From NCBI RefSeq assembly GCF_006345805.1, contig NC_042997.1:22816001-22880000 (forward strand): a stretch of DNA of 64,000 nucleotides, written 5' to 3'. Numbering within the stretch: the first letter of the stretch is position 1; every line of letters starts with the position of its first letter. Below, piece after piece: positions 58,601-64,000 of the stretch. The notes beneath the pieces were generated by a model. That model was not told the DNA's origin, made no database searches, and saw nothing but the letters and a program-made list of their open reading frames with translations. This DNA is from Octopus sinensis (lineage: Eukaryota). A program made the translations under genes and the position numbers.

Positions 58601-60743
58601 GTGTACATAATCATATATGCTGACACCTTAGGCAAATATCTACTACTCTCACTCTAGATCAACCTTGCCTTGTGAGGGGAATTTGTTGACAGAAACTGTA
58701 TAGAAGCCTGTTATGTCTTTGTATGTGTGTGTATTTGAGTGTAATTGGTTGACAAAAACTGTATAGAAGTCTGGTGTGTGTGTGTGTGTGTTAAAATAAT
58801 AATAATGAAATTATTGTATATAGTGCTCAGGTGCACTACAACATGTCAAAAGTGCATGTAAAGCATATGCAGTGATGTACAAATGTCTGGAAAGTGAACA
58901 GTGTATGAGTCAGATATATGCTTGCATGTGTATGGAGGGGAGAAAATCGGGTGTAGTGTTGGCAAATCTCAGGAAACATGGAAGTTTTGAAGGATGCAGT
59001 GCTCCGACAACTAACAAATGATGCCGGCAGTTTGTTCCATACTTCAGCAACTCTCAGCGTGAAAAAATGTTTCCGAAAGTCATGGGAGCTGTGCTATTTT
59101 CTGACTTTGTAAACATGTCCATGGGTGTTAGACAGGTGGAGTTTGAAAAGGTGCTCAGAGTTATTGTTTGTAAGATGGTTAATAATTTAATGTAGACATT
59201 CCACAGTTTTGCTGTCACCATGTGAGTGAAAAAGTGATATGATGTTTACATTCTTAGTTCACATTACTACTGAATACTCTGAACTTTCTAAGACTCATGA
59301 AATAAAAAAAATATCAAAATTAGTCCTCATCCAACCCATCCAAGCATGGAGCATACATATTACTCTTTTATATATATTTACATTTGTGCACACAGACACA
59401 CACACAAACATACTTGTATATATTACTTCTTTATACATGTTTACTTGCATGCATACACATACAAACACACATATGCACACGTACATGGGAGTAAATTTAA
59501 TTTGTAAAATTTATCACTTTTAGCTTGTAGTATATTTTTTTTCCTCTGCTATTTTCTTTTACATTTTATGCACTTTATATTTGTAGTATCTTCAGGTTTT
59601 ACCCCCAGGAAAAGATGTAATGGATTCTCAAAACTTTTCATACATCTTTAAAAATGGTAAGTAGATTTTATAATTAAATTTCTTGTATTTTGGATGAACA
59701 TTTTCTTAGAGATAATATAGTTTTAAAAATTTCATGTAATTGCTCGTATATATTTGCTGACAGAGGCAAATTGGCTGAGTTCCTTTCAAGTGTTGGGCCT
59801 CACGGAGGCGAGGTGGCTAAGTTCCTTTTGAATGGGCCTCACAGAGGTGAGGTGGCTGAGTTCCTTTTGAATGGATCTCACAGAGGTGAGGTGGCTGAGT
59901 TCCTTTCGAATGGGCCTCGCAGAGTTGAGGTGGCTGAGATCCTTTCATGCAAAGTGGCTGAGCATATTTCGAATGTTGAGCTTCACAGAGGCAATGACCA
60001 AGACCTTTGACATTATGTCGTACTTGAGAAGATCCATCAAGCCAAGCAAAATTGGAGTCATGACAGATACTGGTGTCACACAAATGGCATCTGTGCCAGT
60101 GGCATGTAAAAGCACCCATTACATTCTCAGAATGGTTGGCATTAGGAAGGGCACCCAGCCATAGAAAACCATGTCAAATCAGACTGGAGCTTGGCACAGC
60201 CTTCCAGCGTGCCAGCCCAGTCAGACTGTCTAACCCATACCAGCATGGACAATGGATGTTAAATGATGATGATGACCTTTTGAATGAGAAGTGCATATTA
60301 ATTAAGTTTTGGTATAATTTCTTATTTTAGTGTGGGCTGACAATGCAGATATTTTATCAAAGCAGTATGCTAGCACAGGTGCATTAAAAACAGACTTTAC
60401 TCGGTATGTAAAATTCAGTTCATCTATTATCCAAACTAACTATTCCTTAATATGTTCACTATAAATATTTTTAATACACTTACCACATTCATTACTCACA
60501 CTTGATTTCTATAGACTAAGTATGATGACATGACCAACTATCTTTCTAAGTTTTCTTTTACCATCTGCTTATCCAAACTCCTGATCAATACTTTCTATTT
60601 TATTTACACTGATCTTATTGTGATTTATTTTATATTTTATTATTACAAGGACTGGTAAACGAACTAAATCTGGCTTAATGATGGATGGTTTAAATTCACT
60701 AATCCGTTATTTCAAGAACAATTTTAAAGATGGATTCCGACAG
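9924..60743 (+). CDS. SACM1L: Phosphatidylinositol-4-phosphate phosphatase SAC1, 15 coding exons, 3'-partial (490 codons)
   Basis: join(9924-9949,22280-22377,34044-34118,35922-36049,37605-37754,38765-38858,40348-40535,41408-41494,47581-47649,51938-52017,55626-55724,57358-57496,59587-59656,60331-60403,60650-60743) = 1470 nt, open throughout, all junctions GT-AG. Sac-domain motifs [40 protein letters not shown] (CX5RT, Cys387), [12 protein letters not shown]. The exons encoding the transmembrane C-terminus were not found in the window. Confidence 0.96.
11597..11845 (+). mobile_element. Young RTE LINE 3' end fragment
   Basis: CGTGCCGGTGGCACGTAAAAATCACC...GCTAGCAAGGAAAACGGACGTTAAAC(GAT)n with CpGs retained. 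Confidence 0.9.
12150..13440 (+). mobile_element. Highly decayed LINE ORF2 remnant (CR1/L2-like)
   Basis: [17 protein letters not shown] resembles the NYRPISLTS.ISKVME RT motif; otherwise scrambled. Boundaries approximate. Confidence 0.4.
13462..14381 (+). mobile_element. Internally deleted mariner transposon (second family)
   Basis: TA-flanked TIRs (TGAGGTGGTATCAAAAGGTTCCCAGACTAGTT vs CATTGTGGAATCAAAAAGTTCCCAGACTAGTT). N-terminal remnant [19 protein letters not shown]; C-terminal WILHDA...[14 protein letters not shown]...[10 protein letters not shown]. Confidence 0.92.
14664..16590 (+). mobile_element. 5'-truncated decayed RTE LINE with long pyrimidine-rich 3' UTR
   Basis: [10 protein letters not shown]..., [28 protein letters not shown]; then a CT-rich tract (about 15600-16300) and the common RTE terminus. 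Confidence 0.9.
17520..17923 (+). mobile_element. Full-length tRNA-derived SINE with CORE-like segment and internal (TA)n(TG)n
   Basis: Head GGCGCAGGAGTGGCTGTGTGGTAAG...GGTTCAGTCCC, central CTTGGGCAAGTG, tail GAAACAAGTAAAAGAG. Near-identical minus-strand copies at 45555-45908 and 55785-56206. Confidence 0.92.
18680..18902 (+). mobile_element. RTE LINE 3' end fragment
   Basis: AAAAGCACC...AAGGGCATC...GCCAGCATGGAAAACAGAC...(GAT)n. Confidence 0.8.
19696..21123 (+). mobile_element. Decayed, internally deleted RTE LINE
   Basis: [44 protein letters not shown]; 3' UTR tandem units and (GAT)n tail. Confidence 0.9.
21170..21418 (+). mobile_element. Non-autonomous Helitron-like 3' end
   Basis: Subterminal CCCAGGCAATGCCAGG (decayed CCGGGCAACGCCGGG hairpin) followed by CTAG|T at 21415-21419. 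Confidence 0.55.
21765..22125 (+). mobile_element. Diverged copy of the CORE-like SINE
   Basis: TTTGAGCAAGTATGTTTTACTATAGCC...TAACTTAGCAGTTTGGCAAAAG...AAAACAAGTAAAAG. Confidence 0.7.
22280..22377 (+). CDS. SACM1L: SAC1 exon 2
   Basis: ctag|G CAT ATC...CAA G|gtgag; [32 protein letters not shown]. Confidence 0.93.
23120..23397 (+). mobile_element. RTE LINE 3' end fragment
   Basis: Duplicated AAAAGCAC...GTGGTTGGT core and TTAAATGATGATG end. Confidence 0.75.
23487..23714 (+). mobile_element. tRNA-derived SINE (second family)
   Basis: Near reverse complement of 6548-6780. Confidence 0.9.
24410..25502. mobile_element. TTAA-flanked foldback MITE (piggyBac-like) with ~190-bp inverted arms
   Basis: TTAA at 24406-24409 and 25503-25506; ends (T)CGCTTGTCATCC and GGATGACAAGTGG. 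24410-24492 plus 24818-24912 is inverted-homologous to 25320-25502. The left arm is interrupted by an insert carrying an RTE 3' end (24610-24810). Confidence 0.8.
25840..26190 (+). mobile_element. Old diverged SINE copy
   Basis: GTGTGGTTAAGAAGCTTG...TTCAGTCCCATTGCATGG...CCTTGTGAGTTAATTTGGTTGACAGAA resembles the 17520 family head. Confidence 0.55.
26322..27824 (+). mobile_element. GC-rich 5'-truncated RTE-clade LINE of a second family, (CAAGTA)n tail
   Basis: [41 protein letters not shown] (YADD decayed), RWFGHAAR; in-frame stop at 27020 and frameshifts; possible 7-bp TSD TTATTTG at 26315-26321 and 27825-27831. Confidence 0.92.
27832..28980 (-). mobile_element. Old RTE LINE 3' UTR (GA-rich on +), split by the GC-rich RTE
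   Basis: TTTCTACAGTTTGATGCCCTTCCTAAT continues the minus-strand tail that begins at about 26246; followed by a purine-rich tract like the reverse complement of 15600-16300. Far boundary approximate. Confidence 0.6.
29090..29250 (-). mobile_element. Penelope-like pseudo-LTR fragment
   Basis: Contains the minus-strand GGCTCGAAACGT motif in a minimal hammerhead arrangement typical of PLE repeats; no RT or GIY-YIG sequence seen. Confidence 0.5.
29164..29201 (-). ncRNA. Degenerate minimal type I hammerhead ribozyme motif
   Basis: UCUUU-CUGUCGA-AAAGC GUAG GCUC-GAAACGUA/AAAGA: 5-bp stem I, core with A6U, short stem II with one mismatch, palindromic ACGU stem III, GUA cleavage triplet. Confidence 0.55.
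29253..29410. repeat. Compound (CA)n/(TA)n/(TG)n microsatellite
   Basis: Direct reading. Similar tracts at 22868-22892, 24170-24202, 28680-28728, 34300-34400 and 34578-34632. Confidence 0.95.
30103..30460 (+). mobile_element. Helitron-like 5' end
   Basis: A|TCTATTATATAAAATCCGTTCTATCTGTCTGTGTG, the TC start plus TATA/CTGT pattern of non-autonomous Helitrons; CpG-rich. Confidence 0.55.
30851..31200 (+). mobile_element. Young RTE LINE 3' end with three ~60-bp tandem units
   Basis: Units start at 30851, 30912 and 30972; then the common terminus and (GAT)n. Confidence 0.92.
31200..31860 (-). mobile_element. Helitron-like sequence containing an end-to-start junction
   Basis: Minus strand reads CTCGGGCAATGCTGGGTACACCTG-CTAG|TC-TTATATATTAAAAGCGAAGTTATCTGTCTGTG. 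Confidence 0.55.
31862..33810 (-). mobile_element. Decayed RTE LINE fragment
   Basis: [61 protein letters not shown] on the minus strand. Confidence 0.92.
34044..34118 (+). CDS. SACM1L: SAC1 exon 3
   Basis: cag|TT...GCA G|gtaag; [24 protein letters not shown]. Confidence 0.93.
35922..36049 (+). CDS. SACM1L: SAC1 exon 4
   Basis: cag|GA...CAG|gt; [42 protein letters not shown]. Confidence 0.94.
37185..37360 (-). mobile_element. RTE LINE 3' end fragment
   Basis: CATCATCGTTAATG...CTGGCATGGATTGGAC...TGGTTTCTAAGG-type minus-strand core. Confidence 0.7.
37605..37754 (+). CDS. SACM1L: SAC1 exon 5
   Basis: cag|ATC...AGG|gtaag; [50 protein letters not shown]. Confidence 0.95.
38765..38858 (+). CDS. 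SACM1L: SAC1 exon 6
   Basis: cag|GGT...GGA T|gtatcttt; [31 protein letters not shown]. Confidence 0.93.
38859..40347 (+). other. U12-type (minor spliceosome) GT-AG intron of SAC1
   Basis: 5' splice site GTATCTTTT (U12 consensus GTATCCTT); branch point TTTTTCCTTGAC at 40325-40336 with the branch A (40335) 12 nt from the end of the intron (CAG); no long polypyrimidine tract in between. Confidence 0.85.
39141..39386. mobile_element. hAT-like MITE inside the U12 intron
   Basis: CAGTGGTTTTCAACC at the left and GGTTTGAGAACTACTG at the right; subterminal TATGGCC/GGTCCATA-type inverted motifs. No clear 8-bp TSD. Confidence 0.7.
40348..40535 (+). CDS. SACM1L: SAC1 exon 7
   Basis: cag|TT GTA...CAG|gta; [62 protein letters not shown]. 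Confidence 0.95.
41408..41494 (+). CDS. SACM1L: SAC1 exon 8
   Basis: cag|AGT...CAC|gtatgt; [29 protein letters not shown]. Confidence 0.95.
41700..44314 (+). mobile_element. Longest RTE LINE copy: 5'-truncated ORF2 with premature stops and tandem-repeat 3' UTR
   Basis: [71 protein letters not shown]; stops for example at 42386-42388; (GAT)n tail. Confidence 0.95.
44494..44660 (-). mobile_element. Old RTE LINE 3' end fragment, tail-to-tail with the preceding copy
   Basis: CATCATCATCGTTTTATGTCTGC...GGATGCCCTTCTTATTGCCAACCACTC. Confidence 0.65.
45555..45908 (-). mobile_element. 5'-truncated CORE-like SINE
   Basis: Reverse complement of the 17520 family from the (CTTTTA)n tail to GGAACCATG. 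Confidence 0.92.
47581..47649 (+). CDS. SACM1L: SAC1 exon 9
   Basis: cag|ATG...TTG|gtatga; [23 protein letters not shown]. Confidence 0.94.
47945..49779. mobile_element. Composite element: 29-bp inverted termini enclosing the Gypsy pol fragment and an opposite-strand LTR-like sequence
   Basis: TGTAGCAAGTTATAATAAACCTTTATCAG (47945-47973) vs the reverse complement of 49751-49779: 28/29 identical. Flanks ATGA / ATGG. 48786-49779 is homologous to the LTR at 61081-61848. Confidence 0.75.
47974..48785 (+). mobile_element. Ty3/Gypsy pol fragment (RT and RNase H), disrupted
   Basis: [15 protein letters not shown]...[29 protein letters not shown]...[10 protein letters not shown]; then [12 protein letters not shown] and [16 protein letters not shown]; frameshifts and stops. 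Confidence 0.93.
51938..52017 (+). CDS. SACM1L: SAC1 exon 10
   Basis: tag|ATT...AG|gtt; [27 protein letters not shown]. Confidence 0.9.
53290..53670 (-). mobile_element. Decayed CR1-group (L2-like) LINE 3' end
   Basis: Minus strand resembles the FYRYY...HPY...LWN.LP C-terminal pattern; similar plus-strand pieces at about 55250-55450 and 63360-63670. Confidence 0.45.
54220..54470 (-). mobile_element. Two adjacent RTE LINE 3' end fragments
   Basis: Two (CAT)n-TTTAAC.TC.GCTTTCCATGCT.GCATGGGTTGGA starts at about 54220 and 54388. Confidence 0.85.
55626..55724 (+). CDS. SACM1L: SAC1 exon 11
   Basis: cag|G TAT...GG|gtgagt; [33 protein letters not shown]. Confidence 0.95.
55785..56206 (-). mobile_element. 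Full-length CORE-like SINE
   Basis: Near-exact reverse complement of 17520-17923. Confidence 0.93.
56285..57240 (-). mobile_element. RTE LINE 3' UTR, long purine-rich form
   Basis: (CAT)n start, duplicated core, then a GA-rich tract homologous to 62200-62730 and to the reverse complement of 16100-16300. Confidence 0.75.
57358..57496 (+). CDS. SACM1L: SAC1 exon 12 (catalytic P-loop)
   Basis: tag|A TTT...ATT|gtaagt; [46 protein letters not shown]. Confidence 0.96.
58795..59222 (-). mobile_element. CR1 LINE 3' end
   Basis: Minus strand translates [44 protein letters not shown], the CR1 ORF2 C-terminal pattern; (TTA)n tail. Confidence 0.8.
59587..59656 (+). CDS. SACM1L: SAC1 exon 13
   Basis: tag|TAT...AAT G|gtaag; [23 protein letters not shown]. 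Confidence 0.85.
59773..59990 (+). repeat. 39-bp minisatellite, about 5 units, fused to an RTE 3' end (to 60275)
   Basis: GGCTGAGTTCCTTTTGAATGGGCCTCACAGAGGTGAGGT units at 59773, 59815, 59854, 59893 and a partial unit at 59932. Confidence 0.9.
60331..60403 (+). CDS. SACM1L: SAC1 exon 14
   Basis: tag|TG TGG...CG|gtatgt; [24 protein letters not shown]. Confidence 0.95.
60650..60743 (+). CDS. SACM1L: SAC1 exon 15
   Basis: aag|G ACT...CAG|gtaatt; [31 protein letters not shown]. Confidence 0.94.
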
Positions 60744-61080
60744 GTAATTGATAATCTTTTATTAAAGTACTAAATATAGTACTGTAGTTTATTCGAAGCA
60801 CTGTTGTTTTAGTCTAGAATTAGTTGTACTGAAACCCACATCTTCTCTAGACATGACAGGAAATGTAGTAAGAATAAATGGATAGAGAAATTCAAAAGAT
60901 TGCTTTGGTTCTATGGTGTGCATGTGTGTGTATGTTAAAGCTTGTTTTTATTTCAAGTTATATATCAAAACAATTTAACACTATACTGAAGGATTCCACA
61001 CTACTTTTTAGTTGAGTTCATATAACTTTTTCAAGGAAAACGTTGATAGTAACTTTGAAGCTTTGGTTTTCGTTTGCATT

Positions 61081-61848
61081 TATGGCGGTTTTCGGTTATT
61101 CTACCTTAAGCTTTCTCTTAGGTTATGTTATTTATTTTGTCTTTTCTCTGAGTAAGGGAGAATATAATGATTCAACGTCACTTATACTCAAGTGTTATCA
61201 TTATACCTAAAAACCCTAACTACAGTTATAACATCATAGAGACATATACGCATGGAACGCTATATTAATGACATGTATGTTGAATATTTAATCGTGTCCT
61301 TTAAACCGCTATAAGAAACATAATTCAAAGATTACAGAAATGCATATTTATCTATGCTCAGTTGAAAAACAAACGTGAAGAGAAACATTTTCTTTTTAAT
61401 TATTTTTTATTATATAAATATAACATTTCATATTATTTACAATAAGAAAGATAACTTTGTCATGAAGAAAAACGACTATAAATTCCTTAGCTAATTTCTT
61501 CTTTCTATCTAATACATTAACCAACAAATCAAAATAGATTTGTGATTAACTTAGACATGGCATAAAAATTTACCAATGTCTCAAAAGAGTGAGTGCCGTG
61601 GAGTTATGTGACAACCAACGAACACTGAAATATCTTCCAAAATTCAGGGTTTTTATAACTGCTCAACTTGACTAAAAAGAATCGAAATCCATGACAGGCA
61701 TTCTTTTCGAAACTTCTAGAATCTTTATATGAGCAGTTATTTTAACCAATGGAAAGAAACGAAAATGATAATTCTTCGGCAATACGACATTACGTCATAT
61801 TGCCATTTCGCGCCACATTTCAAAATGGCTAAAATGGTTATTGCTACA
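61081..61848 (-). mobile_element. Solo LTR (768 bp) with 4-bp TSD
   Basis: CATT at 61077-61080 and 61849-61852. Minus strand starts TGTAGCAA and ends GCCATA (decayed ...CA). CRE-like, CCAAT, TATA and Inr motifs in order; AATAAA near the 3' end. Confidence 0.8.
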
Positions 61849-61855
61849 CATTCAT

Positions 61856-61897
61856 CAGACTGATGAAGGCAAACAAGCCAAAACTTCAAAGTCACTG
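61856..61897 (+). ncRNA. Type I hammerhead ribozyme motif, probably inactivated (G12A)
   Basis: CAG(A)-CUGAUGA-A-GGC AAACAA GCC-AAAA-CU UCAA AG-UC/ACUG: intact CUGAUGA, 3-bp stem II, short stem III, GUC cleavage triplet, CAG/CUG stem I; GAAA reads AAAA. Confidence 0.6.
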
Positions 61898-62119
61898 TAA
61901 AACTGTTCTCCTGAAAAGTGTGTGTATTTGGGTTTGTGCATGTGTAAATATATAACTACACAAAACTGTTGGTGATTTCTTTTCTTTCTTTGGACTTTTC
62001 CCTTTCTCCATTCCAACAAAGAGTAATGCTCAAAACATCAAAAACTCTCTCTCTCTTTTTACTGAGCTTCAAACTAATACATTCCTTGTGCATGACCTTT
62101 TGTTGTCTGTTACTCTTAT

Positions 62120-62730
62120 TTGACATGGTTTCTACAGCTGGATGCCTTTCCTAATGCCAGCCACTTTACAGAGTGTACTCAGTGCTTTTTATGTGGCACC
62201 AGTACCAGTAAGTTCACCAAAGTAACTTGCAAGAGAAGGCACCTCACCCACTCAACTGAGTGAGGAGTAGTATTGAGGGAGATGGCTTTGTGTCAGGTGA
62301 GGAGAAGTTTGAGTATGATAGAGGGATATAAACAGGTGTCTTGCAGTAGAGGAGATACATGGCTGCTCCGGTTGAAAAAGGAAAAGAGAGCGCACAAGAG
62401 AAAGAAAAGTGGTGAAGTTGATGTATTGGGGTGCATACTCAAGTTACAGGGATGGGTGTATAAATAAAGTGGTGAAGAGGATTGGATAGAGTAAGTGGGT
62501 AGGTAAGTTTGCAAGAGTGTGAAAGGAGAGTTGGAGAGAAAGAGGAGGGTGTGCAGTGAATGAAGATGAATGGAGGGAGCCAGGTAAGAAGGTGAACTGC
62601 AGGGGAGAGAGACTCACTAGGAACAAATTGTGTGCAGGTAAATTCATGAGAGTTTGAAAGGAAGAGTGGTAGATAGAGGAGAGGGGATGCAGTTAGTGAT
62701 GAATATGGATGGAGGTCAGCTAATGGGACT
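62120..62730 (-). mobile_element. RTE LINE 3' UTR, long purine-rich form
   Basis: GGTTTCTACAGCTGGATGCC core followed by a GA-rich tract homologous to 56570-56800. Confidence 0.7.
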
Positions 62731-64000
62731 CTAACCAAATATCTATTGCTTTTGTATCATAAAAATATAAGTGCTCAATAGACCAAAATGTTAGATGAGT
62801 GTGTAGTCTTTTGTTTGTCACAATGTAATGTAAACAGAATTTTGTATACAAACCAAGTTTTTGTTGACTGTACACAGCAGTGGATTAGAAGAAATGATCA
62901 AAAGTTGGTGAATTGCTTAAATTGTGTTTTCAGTTAGCCATGTGAAACTCTGACATCAATTATGTGATCCGACAGTCTGTTTCAAAGTTCATGAGAGAGT
63001 GTTTGTTCATTTGTCAGCTGGTTGAAATACATACTTTTCTTTTGCTTAAGATTGAAGTGGGATGGCAAAAGATATGCAAAGATCAGAATTATTCAGTCTA
63101 ATCCAAAACACTTATACCTTATCTAGAATTATCTATGTAATCCTGGCTGTCTCTTCTCTGATCTCCAAATGTATTTTGAGAGTGCTGTGTTGTTTTCCAA
63201 GTGTCAATGGCAGTTTGGGCTGTTGTGCTGGTGTAGGCAACTTTTGAATAAGCATTCTGTGAGGCCTATGTAGCTGGTTGATGTGTTTATTAGTGGAGAC
63301 ATCAGCACGGTATATAATGCTTTTATTTTAGGCATTTACCTTTGCATGTCAGCTACTTTTGGTCTTGGATTATAGCGTTTTTGCATTGCTGTCTTTTTTC
63401 TCTACCTTTCTACTGCTATTACATTGTCTTCTGCTCCTAGTAGCTGGCTCTCATGCTACCTATACTCACCCATTACCGTCATATTCGTCTCTCTTCATAT
63501 TATCACCCATGTTGTGTGTCCCCCTTATAGGATCCAGACTAATCTCTGCATCCGACTTTTCTATAACATCAACCCTCTGGAATTTCCACCCTGCATATGT
63601 TTTTCTTGATGTCATTGAGTTGCAACTGCTCAAGAGAAATGCTAACCACATTGATCTCACAAGTTTTAAAGAGTCTGCAAAGTCATTAGGCACAAGCCCT
63701 TTCCTCCAGATTAATCTAATTAAAAAAAAAAGAAGAAAAAAAAATTTTACATGTTCTGCATGTAGCTTTAGCTCTCCTTTATGTTTTGCTTATTGAAAGC
63801 TGGTGGAATTTGTGTTCTTTCAGAAAGTGCTGATCTGAGTGAAAAAAATGTTTGGCAACACTCATCTTTGTGTAATATTGTGTCACACCCTTTCTCATCA
63901 TAAACAGCATAAATTAAAACCCTCAGAACAGCTACAGATGGTCTTTACCAGCCATCCTACAACGTACATACATAACAAAGCTACAACTGCATCCTAAAGA

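Noticed and set aside
59690-60010. 106-aa ORF with 13-aa repeats ([13 protein letters not shown])
   Set aside because: Translation of the 39-bp minisatellite inside SAC1 intron 13; no homology and no exon structure.
725-63796. Remaining short six-frame ORFs
   Set aside because: They map to SINE/LINE fragments, microsatellites or AT-rich intron with no splice signals or recognisable domains; treated as spurious.
60744-64000. Further SAC1 exons (DxIDLFLGNY and transmembrane segments)
   Set aside because: No matching spliceable frame was found; the gene presumably continues beyond the window.

Overview
AT-rich metazoan genomic DNA, most likely from an octopus (coleoid cephalopod); the species call is inferred from the tRNA-derived SINE families and the abundant RTE LINE with a (GAT)n tail. 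Two genes lie on the + strand. The first is the last two coding exons of the Na+/H+ exchanger SLC9A8/NHE8 (295-1324). The second is 15 coding exons of the PI4P phosphatase SAC1/SACM1L (ATG 9924 to 60743, 490 codons, catalytic CX5RT motif CIDCLDRT); its last exons lie beyond the window. SAC1 intron 6 looks like a U12-type minor intron. Everything else is transposon-derived: decayed RTE, CR1/L2 and R4 LINEs, three SINE families, two deleted mariners, hAT and piggyBac-like MITEs, Helitron ends, Gypsy/LTR pieces, Penelope-type fragments and microsatellites. The strongest leads are: (1) a genomic Ser codon replacing a conserved Gly in SAC1, whose A sits in an A-C mismatch of a duplex with an intronic LINE tail, a candidate for restorative A-to-I recoding; (2) a roughly 79-bp palindrome encoding a hammerhead ribozyme motif on both strands, split by a solo LTR; (3) a Gypsy RT/RNase H fragment bounded by 29-bp TGT...ACA inverted ends with a near-perfect 4-bp TSD. 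All coordinates and translations were read by eye; no searches were run.
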